Shown here: piece after piece, positions 1 through 8,949 of the stretch
Layout of the letters: each line of letters begins with the position of its first letter
How positions within the stretch are numbered: position 1 is the stretch's first letter
DNA from: an uncultured Clostridia bacterium
GTDB lineage: Bacteria > Bacillota > Clostridia > Peptostreptococcales > Anaerovoracaceae
DNA: 64,000 nt
Reading direction: 5' to 3'
Assembly (NCBI GenBank): GCA_945876935.1
Contig: CAMCQA010000003.1
Coordinates: 7,008 to 71,007 of the forward strand
Translations under genes and position numbers: made by a program
The notes under the pieces: model-generated
What the model was told of the DNA's origin: nothing
The model's input: only the letters and a program-made list of their open reading frames with translations
Database searches by the model: none

Positions 1-786
1 TTCAAAATAAATATCATCTCCGCTAATATTAAAAGCATTAGTTCCATCTGGATTCTTGCCTACTTCAAACTTAACATCCTTGTCGCTTCCATCGATATTC
101 ATTGTGTATAAAGAATACTCGTCATCATTTGTTCCTAATACGTATATCTTCTCATTTGAAACTATAACTCTAGCATCCTTATCTATTGCTGCAATCTCAC
201 TTTCCTCTTCTCCATCTAAGAAAACTGAAGAAAGAACATAACCCTTTTTCTCATCTTCTTTTATAAAGAAAACTCTATCACCTTCAGAGCCAACTAATTT
301 ACCCCCCTCCACTATAACCTTAGGAGTTTGGCTTGTAAGCTTCCTATCTGTAACCTTCATCTTTACAATGTTATAGTTGCTAGGTGCTTCTAAATCATCA
401 CTTCCTGAGCCTACAAGAATTGAAGCAATAATATTATCTTTATGCGCTACGAACTTATCTGTATAGATTTCTCCAATTCTCTCAACTTTAAAACCTTCGC
501 TATTTGATTTACAAACTTTTCTCTCAGCATTATCGTAAAAATAAATTTTTTCACCTACTGCGTTAATATTTGAGTAATCTCCATCGAGAATTTTTTTACC
601 ATCCTTATAGATTCCATCTTCCTCTATATAAAAATCCGTATTACCTTGACTTGTTAATTCTGATCCATTAATTATATTTCCCATCTTAATACCTATAGTA
701 TTAAAGCTAGCTCCACAACTTGCCAAAAGCATAATACATAGTGCAGCTAAAAGAGAAAATCCTTTCTTCATTTTCACACTCTTCAT
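1..786 (-). CDS. Lipoprotein, 3'-truncated by the window edge; possibly DUF5050-like beta-propeller
   Basis: Not in the ORF track because it runs off the window. Manual translation from ATG 786 after a GGAGG RBS gives MKSVKMKKGFSLLAALCIMLLASCGASFNT... (lipobox LASC) and stays open to position 1. The propeller call is inferred from short beta-rich repeats. Confidence 0.75.
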   Translation of the reverse strand, partial: MKSVKMKKGFSLLAALCIMLLASCGASFNTIGIKMGNIINGSELTSQGNTDFYIEEDGIYKDGKKILDGDYSNINAVGEKIYFYDNAERKVCKSNSEGFKVERIGEIYTDKFVAHKDNIIASILVGSGSDDLEAPSNYNIVKMKVTDRKLTSQTPKVIVEGGKLVGSEGDRVFFIKEDEKKGYVLSSVFLDGEEESEIAAIDKDARVIVSNEKIYVLGTNDDEYSLYTMNIDGSDKDVKFEVGKNPDGTNAFNISGDDIYFE

Positions 787-804
787 AAGACCTCCTATTA
801 TGTC

Positions 805-1521
805 CTAAAATCCTCCTACATTATACATAATTCCCATTAAGAAATTAATAAAAGGAGTCATTACTCTTCCTGTAGCTCCTGTCAAAACAAGAACCATCAG
901 AATCATAAATCCGTTATTGTAGATATTCCAATACCAAGGGTATTTTCTTAAGTCAAACAATTCTGTTATTATTGAAAACCCATCTAAAGGCGGAATAGGT
1001 AAAAGGTTGAATACCATTAGAACAACATTTATGTATACTGTTGCATAAAGTATTCTTGCAATGAGCATATATCCGTCATTTAAGTACAGATCATAGCCTA
1101 CTGCTCCGCTAAATACCTTCAGTATCACTGAAAAACTTAAAGCTATAATCAAGTTCATAATAACTCCAGCTATGGAGACTAAAAACTCATCTCTTCTTCT
1201 ATTTTTAAAGTTATAAGGGTTTATCTCAACAGCCTTACCCCATCCGAATCCAGCCAAAAATATTGTTAAAAATCCAAAAGGCTCAATATGTGCTGCCGGA
1301 TTAACTGTCAACCTACCTTGTATTTTAGGAGTGTTATCTCCTAAAGAAACCGCAACTCTAGCATGAGCAAACTCATGGAAGCTCAAACCAATTATAATCC
1401 CTGGAAGGAATATTAGCTGCTCCAGTATCCAGTCAACAATATTTCCTCTTACACCTCTCATTGTAACAAGCATCATCAGCATAAGAATGGCAACTGTAGC
1501 TTGGTTTCCATATCTTCTCAT
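805..1521 (-). CDS. Site-2 protease, peptidase M50 family
   Basis: HEFAH zinc motif, NLLPIPPLDG motif, several hydrophobic segments. Start moved to 1521 (MRRYG), which follows a GGAAAGG RBS. Confidence 0.9.
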   Translation of the reverse strand: MRRYGNQATVAILMLMMLVTMRGVRGNIVDWILEQLIFLPGIIIGLSFHEFAHARVAVSLGDNTPKIQGRLTVNPAAHIEPFGFLTIFLAGFGWGKAVEINPYNFKNRRRDEFLVSIAGVIMNLIIALSFSVILKVFSGAVGYDLYLNDGYMLIARILYATVYINVVLMVFNLLPIPPLDGFSIITELFDLRKYPWYWNIYNNGFMILMVLVLTGATGRVMTPFINFLMGIMYNVGGF

Positions 1522-1580
1522 ATTATAAATCCTTTCCCAAAAACTATTTAAGACTTTCACAAAGAATTCATTAAACTAAT

Positions 1581-3008
1581 CTATAAAATATCTGAGAGTA
1601 TTCTTGATATAGCTTCTTTAATCTTTATGATAGTTCCTCTTTCTTCATATAACTCTTGCGTCAACAAATGGCTCTTATCGATATCTTCAAAGTAAAGAGC
1701 CTCCAGCTTCTGAGTAGTAAGCTCATCATATATCAGAGCATTAGCCTCAAAATTTAATTTGAAGCTTCTTCTATCAAAATTAGTTGAGCCAACTGTTGCA
1801 ATTTCTCCATCTACCGTCATAGTCTTAGCATGGAGAAATCCATTGTCATATATATATACCTTTCCTCCAATATTTATAATCTCACCTACATATGAATATG
1901 TAGCCCAGTATACAAACATGTGATCCGGAATAGAAGGAATCATAATTCTTACATCAACTCCAGATTGGATAGCCATCTTTAAGCCTTCCAAAATCGGTTC
2001 ATCCGGAATAAAATAAGGTGTCTGAATATAAATATTTTTCTTTGCACTAGATATCATCTTTAAAAGAGACATCTTGATTTCTTCTTTGGAATCATCAGGT
2101 CCACTGGATAATATCTGTATTCCTACACTACCTTTTCCCTCTTCTTCATTGAAAAATACTTCTTCAACATTTATATCTTCATTGCTCGCACATCTCCAGT
2201 CTATTAAAAACCTGGCATTTAAATCCTGGACGCTATCGCCTGTGATTCTTAGATGTGTATCACGCCAATATCCAAATTTTCTTTTTTTACCAATATACTC
2301 TCTAGCTATATTAAATCCACCGATATAGGCTAATTTATTATCTATAACTGCTATTTTTCTATGATTTCTATAATTTATTTTAGAGTTAAAGAACTTCCAC
2401 TTCGTAGGAAAGAACTCTGCATACTTACCGCCAGCTTTAATTAGCTTTTCAACTAGTTCAGTATTTATTCTCCAAGATCCAAGAGCATCTACAAGGAGTC
2501 TTACCTCTACACCTTCTTGAGCCTTTCTTATTAGCTTTCTCATAAGAGCATCGCCGACAATATCTTTTTTTACAATGAAATACTGAATATGAATTGAGTC
2601 TTCTGCCATCTCAATATCTTGAAATAAACTATCAATTTTCTTCTTTCCATCTGAAAATATTTCTATCGTATTATTTTCGGAATAATAAGATGAAGCATAG
2701 GCTTGATTTAGCTTGATAAGTGATTCCCATTCCTTTCCTGTAGGATTATCAAAGAAAAACTCACCCTCCTCCATAGCCTGCTTTTGATTCTCTGATGGCA
2801 TAATCAAAACGGCTTCTTCGTTATCAAAAAGTTTAAAAATTTTCTGTCTAGCTATATTTTGTGAAAAAGCCATATACAGAATTATTCCTAAGCCAGGAAG
2901 CACAAAGAGGACCATTATCCACGCAAGTGTGGCTGAAGGGTCCTTTCGTTCCAAAAATATGATAACTAAAGCTATTAGTATATTTATAACAAATAGAATA
3001 CTTAACAT
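1581..3008 (-). CDS. cls: Cardiolipin synthase
   Basis: Two HKD motifs (HRKIAVID, HAKTMTVD) and two N-terminal TM helices. Confidence 0.95.
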   Translation of the reverse strand: MLSILFVINILIALVIIFLERKDPSATLAWIMVLFVLPGLGIILYMAFSQNIARQKIFKLFDNEEAVLIMPSENQKQAMEEGEFFFDNPTGKEWESLIKLNQAYASSYYSENNTIEIFSDGKKKIDSLFQDIEMAEDSIHIQYFIVKKDIVGDALMRKLIRKAQEGVEVRLLVDALGSWRINTELVEKLIKAGGKYAEFFPTKWKFFNSKINYRNHRKIAVIDNKLAYIGGFNIAREYIGKKRKFGYWRDTHLRITGDSVQDLNARFLIDWRCASNEDINVEEVFFNEEEGKGSVGIQILSSGPDDSKEEIKMSLLKMISSAKKNIYIQTPYFIPDEPILEGLKMAIQSGVDVRIMIPSIPDHMFVYWATYSYVGEIINIGGKVYIYDNGFLHAKTMTVDGEIATVGSTNFDRRSFKLNFEANALIYDELTTQKLEALYFEDIDKSHLLTQELYEERGTIIKIKEAISRILSDIL

Positions 3009-3014
3009 TTAAAG

Positions 3015-3614
3015 TTAAAGTTCCTTTCTTCCCTGCATAGCTTTCAGCAGAGTCATCTCATCTGTGTATTCCAAATCACTGCCTATGGACAGCCCATGAG
3101 CAAGTCTTGATACTTTTATATTAAATGGCGCTACAATACGTGAGATGAACATAGCAGTCGCCTCGCCTTCAACATTAGGATTTGTGGCTAAGATTATTTC
3201 CTCTACATCTTCGTCATGTATGCGGTTCAATAAACTCTTAAGATTTATATCGTCTGGTCCTGTTCCAGTTATAGGAGAAATAACTCCCCCTAAAACATGG
3301 TATAAGCCTCTGTATTGCTTTATATTCTCTATGGCTATAAGATCTTTTGCACTTTCAACGACACATATAGTTCTTCTCTCTCTAGACTGATCACTACATA
3401 TGCTGCAAATCTCATCCTCAGTCAAATTTCCACATGTGGAACATTTCTTTATGTTCCTTCTAGCTCTTACCATCGTAGTAGCTAACCTTTCAACCTCTTC
3501 CTCATCTCTTTGAATAAGATGAAAAGCAAGTCTCTGTGCCGATTTCCCACCTATGCCAGGCAGCTTTGACAATTCCTTAATAAGTTTATTTAACTCCTTA
3601 GGATATTTATTCAT
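3015..3614 (-). CDS. recR: Recombination protein RecR
   Basis: LPGIGGKSAQRLAFH HhH motif, C4 zinc finger (CSTC...CSIC), TOPRIM ILATNPNVEGEATA. Confidence 0.97.
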   Translation of the reverse strand: MNKYPKELNKLIKELSKLPGIGGKSAQRLAFHLIQRDEEEVERLATTMVRARRNIKKCSTCGNLTEDEICSICSDQSRERRTICVVESAKDLIAIENIKQYRGLYHVLGGVISPITGTGPDDINLKSLLNRIHDEDVEEIILATNPNVEGEATAMFISRIVAPFNIKVSRLAHGLSIGSDLEYTDEMTLLKAMQGRKEL

Positions 3615-3622
3615 AATTTCTC

Positions 3623-3997
3623 CTAAAATAGTCCTGGAGGAAGACCTAAACCGCTAGTCATCTTTTCCATTTCTCTAGAAGATATTTCTTCCATTTGTCT
3701 TAGAGCTTCGTTTGTAGCTGTCATAATAAGATCCTGAAGCATTTCGATATCTTCTGGATCTACAATCTCCTTTTCTAGTACTATGTTAGTGATCTGCTTG
3801 CTACCACTTACAGTAACACTTACAGCTCCACCTCCAGAGCTTGCAGTAGTTTCCATCTTATCGATTTCCGACTGAACTTCTTCCATCTGTCTTTGCATAG
3901 CCTGAACCTGAGCCATCTGTTGCTTCATATTTCCACCGCCCATAGCTCCCATAGTATTCTTCTTAGGCTTTTTGCCTGCTCTCATATTTCTTCCCAT
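3623..3997 (-). CDS. ybaB: YbaB/EbfC nucleoid-associated protein
   Basis: QxMQ-rich N-terminus, SGGGAVSVTVSG, EDIEMLQDLIMTATNEA; classic dnaX-ybaB-recR order. Confidence 0.93.
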   Translation of the reverse strand: MGRNMRAGKKPKKNTMGAMGGGNMKQQMAQVQAMQRQMEEVQSEIDKMETTASSGGGAVSVTVSGSKQITNIVLEKEIVDPEDIEMLQDLIMTATNEALRQMEEISSREMEKMTSGLGLPPGLF

Positions 3998-4037
3998 TTT
4001 ACAGTTCCTTTCTAAGTTTCCTCATCTATTAAACTAA

Positions 4038-5639
4038 CTATTTTATATTCAATTCTACATTCATCCCCGAAAAATTCTTGAATATAGCTTTAACTTCTTC
4101 ATCATCTACTTGTTTTTCTTTCGCCTTATCATCAAGTCTTATAGATAAACTTCTACCACATACTGACTGTATTATATCAGTTATATCTTTCATATTGTTT
4201 TCTACCATTGAAGCAAAGGCTCTATTTTCCTTTGAAAATATCAACTCTGTACTTGTTAATGCTATAGGATATGAATGTTTTAAAAGCATGAGACTAGGTC
4301 TTTCTTCTGTGATAACATCCGTTACCTCATCCCAAAGGCTTCTCATATCTATATCTATTGAACCTTGTTTTTCATTTTCAATATCTTTTTCAGAAATATT
4401 TTCTTTATTATCACTCTCCCAAGGAGGAATATCTTTATCTATTTTCTCGGCACTTAAGTGCTCATCTTCTCTATATACTTTATTATCTCCCTTTGAAAGA
4501 TTTATTTTCTTTTCTGCTATATATGGTTGAGCCTGAACTGTTTCTCTAGCCTGAGGAGACATCCTACTTGCTGCTAGCTTAACTAAAGCCATCTCAAAAA
4601 TAATCCTAGGCTGAGTTGTAGTCTGCATATATTTACTAGTTTCAGCTAGCTCCATAACAGCCTCATCGATTTGCCATAGATCCATTCTACTGCTCTGACT
4701 CTGTATTCTCTCAATGTTTTCATAAGACATGTTAATAGAGCTCTTAGGATCTTTTATATACTTTGTCAAAAGCAGATTTCTATAATGATTCATAAGACCG
4801 TTGACTAGCTGCCTCGCATCTCTTCCTTGATCTAATGCTTTGTTTAAAGTAATGATGCAGTCGGATGGATTTCCCATTAGAATATCATTTACTATATCTA
4901 TATAAACTTCCTCACCAACTGCTCCAAGAGAATCAAGGATATCCTCCCTCGTTATTTGTCCATCTCTACCTGCTATACACTGCTCAAGAAGAGTTAAACC
5001 GTCCCTAACAGACCCATCAGCATTTACTGCAACAAGTTTAAGAGATTCGTCATCTATGATGATGCCTCTAGCTTCAACAATCTCTCTCATTCTAAGTGCC
5101 AGCTCTTCTTCTCTCACTCTCTTAAAGTCCATTCTAAGACATCTAGAAAGAATAGTTGAAGGAAGTTTATTAGGCTCAGTAGTAGCCAAAATAAACATAA
5201 CATTTTCAGGAGGCTCTTCAAGGGTTTTCAAAAACGCATTGAAGGCTTCTTTTGTAAGAGCATGTACTTCATCTATTATGTAGACCTTTGTCTTTCCTAT
5301 AGCCGGTGGAAAGTTCACACCTTCTCTAAGCTCCCTTATATCGTTTACACCATTATTTGATGCTGCATCAATTTCTATAAGATCGATAAAGTTACCCGAT
5401 TGAATACTCTTACAGTTTTCGCAGACTCCACAAGGTTTGTTATCTGATAAACAGTTTACTGCCTTTGCTAAAAGTCTAGCAGTAGTAGTCTTTCCTGTTC
5501 CCCTAGTACCACAAAAAAGATAAGCATGAACTAGCTTATTCTTTTCAATTTGGCTCTTTAATATTCTGACTATAGTATCTTGACCTATAACATCTTCAAA
5601 GACCTCAGGTCTATATTGTCTATATAAGGCTTGGTACAT
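4038..5639 (-). CDS. dnaX: DNA polymerase III subunit gamma/tau
   Basis: MYQALYRQYRP, Walker A GTRGTGKT, EIDAASNNGV, IIDEVH, SRC motif. Confidence 0.97.
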   Translation of the reverse strand: MYQALYRQYRPEVFEDVIGQDTIVRILKSQIEKNKLVHAYLFCGTRGTGKTTTARLLAKAVNCLSDNKPCGVCENCKSIQSGNFIDLIEIDAASNNGVNDIRELREGVNFPPAIGKTKVYIIDEVHALTKEAFNAFLKTLEEPPENVMFILATTEPNKLPSTILSRCLRMDFKRVREEELALRMREIVEARGIIIDDESLKLVAVNADGSVRDGLTLLEQCIAGRDGQITREDILDSLGAVGEEVYIDIVNDILMGNPSDCIITLNKALDQGRDARQLVNGLMNHYRNLLLTKYIKDPKSSINMSYENIERIQSQSSRMDLWQIDEAVMELAETSKYMQTTTQPRIIFEMALVKLAASRMSPQARETVQAQPYIAEKKINLSKGDNKVYREDEHLSAEKIDKDIPPWESDNKENISEKDIENEKQGSIDIDMRSLWDEVTDVITEERPSLMLLKHSYPIALTSTELIFSKENRAFASMVENNMKDITDIIQSVCGRSLSIRLDDKAKEKQVDDEEVKAIFKNFSGMNVELNIK

Positions 5640-5658
5640 AAGTTACTCCTTAAAATAA

Positions 5659-5808
5659 AATTGCCTTTTGACAGCCCTATGCAAGTAACAGGCTTAGCTG
5701 TGGCACATAAGATAATCTGCTTAGTGCTGCTTCTCTCCAGACCTGACACGGTTCACAAACTCTTATTGCACAGGACCCACCACTCTATAGGGCTATCAAA
5801 AGGCAATT
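5659..5808 (-). ncRNA. ffs: Signal recognition particle RNA (short 4.5S-like form)
   Basis: Minus strand GUGAACCGUGUCAGGUCUGGAGAGAAGCAGCACUA matches the SRP domain IV core. It is closed by a long terminal stem (5659-5680 with 5787-5808). Typical position upstream of dnaX. Confidence 0.92.
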
Positions 5809-5834
5809 CAAATATTCTTCTACATATCTTAAAA

Positions 5835-5863
5835 ATTATAGTATAAAATTGCCTGAAAGTCAA
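5835..5863 (-). promoter_or_regulatory. Sigma-A promoter for ffs/dnaX
   Basis: TTGACT (5858-5863), 17 bp spacer, TATAAT (5835-5840). Confidence 0.8.
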
Positions 5864-5887
5864 GCCATAAAGAAGCTGTAAAGCTTG

Positions 5888-6886
5888 CTATAAAGCTTTG
5901 TATAGCTCATCCTTGACCGGTGGCTCTATATCCTCAATTCGTCCATCTTCCATAATTATTTTTTTACCAAAGGACTTATTTTTTACTTTTCCAATTATAG
6001 AAAAATCTATTCCGCTTTCTCTAAGTTTATCTGATAAAGTAGCAAGGGAATTTTCTTTAAGTACAATAAGCATAGCACCGCTTGAAATCAATTTCATATA
6101 GTCTATATCAAAATACTTTGCAACTTTCATTGTTACTGGAGCAACAATAACCTTTGACCTATCAATTTCGCATCCTATTTCTAAAGCCTCACAAATCTCC
6201 CAAAGACCTCCTAGAAGACCGCCTTCAGTAACATCATGCATCTTAATAAATCCCGACTTTCCAGCCAGCTCACCTTCACTGATCACACTTGTATTATTTA
6301 TAAAGCTCTTTGCTTCTTTAAGCTCATCTTCAGTTAAGATATCTTCCAGCTCTGATTTATCACAAGCTAAAATACCTGTACCTTCAATTCCTACCGACTT
6401 TGTCATAAGAATAATATCGTTTTCTTCTGGGTCTTCAGTCTTTTCTTCTTTCTGATATCCTATGGCTGTAGAAACTATCACTGGAGAGTTCACAACAGAC
6501 GTAACTTCTGTATGTCCCCCTATAATTTCGACCTTGTTTTCATATGCCACTCTTCCAGCATCTTTCATAATCTGCTCCAGCTCTCCCAAAGTTGAACCCT
6601 CTGGAAGCATAATTGCAAGAGTTATACCTATAGGTCTGACACCTCTAGTTGCAATATCGTTGCAGCTTATGTTGATTGATAGCCCTCCTATTTGAGAAAC
6701 TGCTGCTGTTATAGGGTCTGTTGATACAACGCAAAGTCCTTCATTAAATCTGATTGAAGCACAATCATCTCCTACCTTCGCTCTATCTATAACAGCAGGA
6801 TGCCTAAAAGATATATTATTAAAAACTATATCTCTAAGTATGTGATTTTCTACTTTTCCAAGAGGAAGCACCATATTTCTGTTCAT
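5888..6886 (-). CDS. AIR synthase/PurM-like family protein (HypE/ThiL-like), function unknown
   Basis: GDDCA, STDP, GGHTE, MHDVTEGG and SSGAML motifs of the PurM/HypE/ThiL/SelD superfamily. Confidence 0.8.
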   Translation of the reverse strand: MNRNMVLPLGKVENHILRDIVFNNISFRHPAVIDRAKVGDDCASIRFNEGLCVVSTDPITAAVSQIGGLSINISCNDIATRGVRPIGITLAIMLPEGSTLGELEQIMKDAGRVAYENKVEIIGGHTEVTSVVNSPVIVSTAIGYQKEEKTEDPEENDIILMTKSVGIEGTGILACDKSELEDILTEDELKEAKSFINNTSVISEGELAGKSGFIKMHDVTEGGLLGGLWEICEALEIGCEIDRSKVIVAPVTMKVAKYFDIDYMKLISSGAMLIVLKENSLATLSDKLRESGIDFSIIGKVKNKSFGKKIIMEDGRIEDIEPPVKDELYKAL

Positions 6887-6901
6887 ATTACTAATCCTTC
6901 T

Positions 6902-8887
6902 TTATCCTTTAAAAAGCTGAATGGCTTCTTCTTCAGTTATAATTGGAATTCCAAGCTCCATAGCTTTCTTATTTTTAGATGATGTAGACAAATTATCATT
7001 ATTTATAAGATAATCAGTCTTGCTGCTAACTGAGCCAGCAACCTTTCCACCTAAACTCTCTATCTCTTCTTTAAGTTTATTTCTATTTTCATAATGGTTT
7101 AAAGAGCCTGTTATAACAAACGTCTTACCTTTTAAAGTCTGTGGGCTTTCTGAAATTACATCATTGAAATTCAATTCTCTTCTAAGTCTATTAACTAAAT
7201 CAGTATTTTTCTCATTTTTGAAATAGTTTGAAACTGAACTTGCCATAATGCTTCCAAAACCTTCTATTTGCTGAAGCTCTTCCTCACTAGCCATCATTAT
7301 CTTATCAAGCTCAAAGCTAAAATACTTAGCCATAAGTTTACTGTTTGAAACACCTATACCATCAATACCAAGAGCATATATAAATCTTGATAAAACTGTT
7401 TCTCTAGATTTATTTACTGAACCTATCAGTTTTGCATAAGACTTTTCTCCAAAACCTTCCATAGAAACAATAACTTCTTTATGCTTTTCAAGATGATATA
7501 TATCTACAAAATCTTTTATCAATCCTTTGCTCGCAAATTTTTCTAATGTAGCTTCAGAAAGGTTTTCTATGTTCATTGCATCTCTGCTTACAAAAAGAGC
7601 TAAAGACTTTATTTTTTTTGCTGGGCATTCATCATTTTTACAAATAAGAACTTCCACATCCATATCCTTTTGTAAAAATAAAGACGAATTGCAAGATGGA
7701 CATTTATCAGGAAGAATTACTTTACCTTTTCTAGTAAGATTATCAGCAATTTGAGGTATTATCATATTAGCTTTATATACCTTTATAGTATCTCCCTCTG
7801 AAAGTTGCAACTCTTTTAATATGCTAACATTATGAACAGAAGCTCTGGAGACAACAGTTCCCTCTAAATCTACTGGCTCAAATATGGCTATAGGGTTTAC
7901 TAACCCTGTTCTTGATGGACTCCACTCAATGTATTTCAAAGTCGTTTCTTTTATTTCATCCTGCCATTTAAAAGCTATAGCATTTCTTGGAAATTTAGAT
8001 GTTGTTCCAAGGCTTGCTCCATAAGCTATATCGTCATAGCATAAAACTAAACCATCTGACGGAATAGGAAAATCCTTTATTTTATTAGAAAAATTTTCTA
8101 TTGCACTTACAAGGTTTGCTTCATTTACAAGTGTATTTTCAACTACATCAAAACCTAAGTTTTCAAGCCATTTAAGTTGATTTGAAAAAGAGTTTCCTAT
8201 CTTAGCTTCATCCTTTATATCATTAAAGTTTCCTACTGAAAAAGCTCTAAAGTTTACATTCCTTTTTGCGGTCATCTCTGAATTTAGCTGTCTTACAGAT
8301 CCACTTACCAGATTTCTAGGGTTCTTGTATTTTGCATCTACATCTTCTATCTCATCATTGATATTTTCAAAATCTTTATAAGTAATGTATGCTTCTCCTC
8401 TTATAACAAGTCTTTTCTTGAAGCTGATGTTAAGCGGTACGTTTTTAAAAGTCCTAGCATTAGATGTAACAACTTCTCCTATCTGACCGTTACCTCTGGT
8501 TACAGCTTTAGATAAAGAGCCATTTTCATAAGTTAAAACTACTGTAAGCCCATCTAATTTCCAAGATAAAACCCCTTCCTTATCTCCGAGCCATCCTCTT
8601 AAAGCTTCTCTATCTTTAGTCTTATCTAAAGATAACATAAGAGTATCATGCTCTTCTTTAGATAGAAAGTCAGAGACTTCATACCCTACTTTTTGAGTAG
8701 GGCTTGAAGATAAAATTATACCTGTCTCTTCTTCTAAAGCTAATAATTGATCGTACAGCTTATCATATTCAAAGTTGGACATTATTTCCTTATCAAATTT
8801 ATAATAAGCTTTGTTTGCATCATCTAAAACCTTGACCAGATTTTTCATTTCTTCTACTTTTTCTGCAGTAGTACTAATATTTTTCAA
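6902..8887 (-). CDS. ligA: NAD-dependent DNA ligase
   Basis: KLDG adenylation motif, RGNG, C4 zinc finger, HhH repeats, C-terminal BRCT; TTG start after AAGGAG. Confidence 0.97.
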   Translation of the reverse strand: MKNISTTAEKVEEMKNLVKVLDDANKAYYKFDKEIMSNFEYDKLYDQLLALEEETGIILSSSPTQKVGYEVSDFLSKEEHDTLMLSLDKTKDREALRGWLGDKEGVLSWKLDGLTVVLTYENGSLSKAVTRGNGQIGEVVTSNARTFKNVPLNISFKKRLVIRGEAYITYKDFENINDEIEDVDAKYKNPRNLVSGSVRQLNSEMTAKRNVNFRAFSVGNFNDIKDEAKIGNSFSNQLKWLENLGFDVVENTLVNEANLVSAIENFSNKIKDFPIPSDGLVLCYDDIAYGASLGTTSKFPRNAIAFKWQDEIKETTLKYIEWSPSRTGLVNPIAIFEPVDLEGTVVSRASVHNVSILKELQLSEGDTIKVYKANMIIPQIADNLTRKGKVILPDKCPSCNSSLFLQKDMDVEVLICKNDECPAKKIKSLALFVSRDAMNIENLSEATLEKFASKGLIKDFVDIYHLEKHKEVIVSMEGFGEKSYAKLIGSVNKSRETVLSRFIYALGIDGIGVSNSKLMAKYFSFELDKIMMASEEELQQIEGFGSIMASSVSNYFKNEKNTDLVNRLRRELNFNDVISESPQTLKGKTFVITGSLNHYENRNKLKEEIESLGGKVAGSVSSKTDYLINNDNLSTSSKNKKAMELGIPIITEEEAIQLFKG

Positions 8888-8949
8888 GCTACATCTCCTT
8901 TTGTAACAGTTTTATGAATTTTAGTTTTCTATAATTAAATTTATGTTAA

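Noticed and set aside
4038-5639. Programmed -1 frameshift producing the gamma subunit
   Set aside because: I saw no A-AAA-AAG slippery site with a downstream hairpin at the expected position.
5888-6886. Selenophosphate synthetase (SelD) or selenoprotein reading
   Set aside because: No N-terminal Cys/Sec-x-x-Lys motif and no in-frame TGA.
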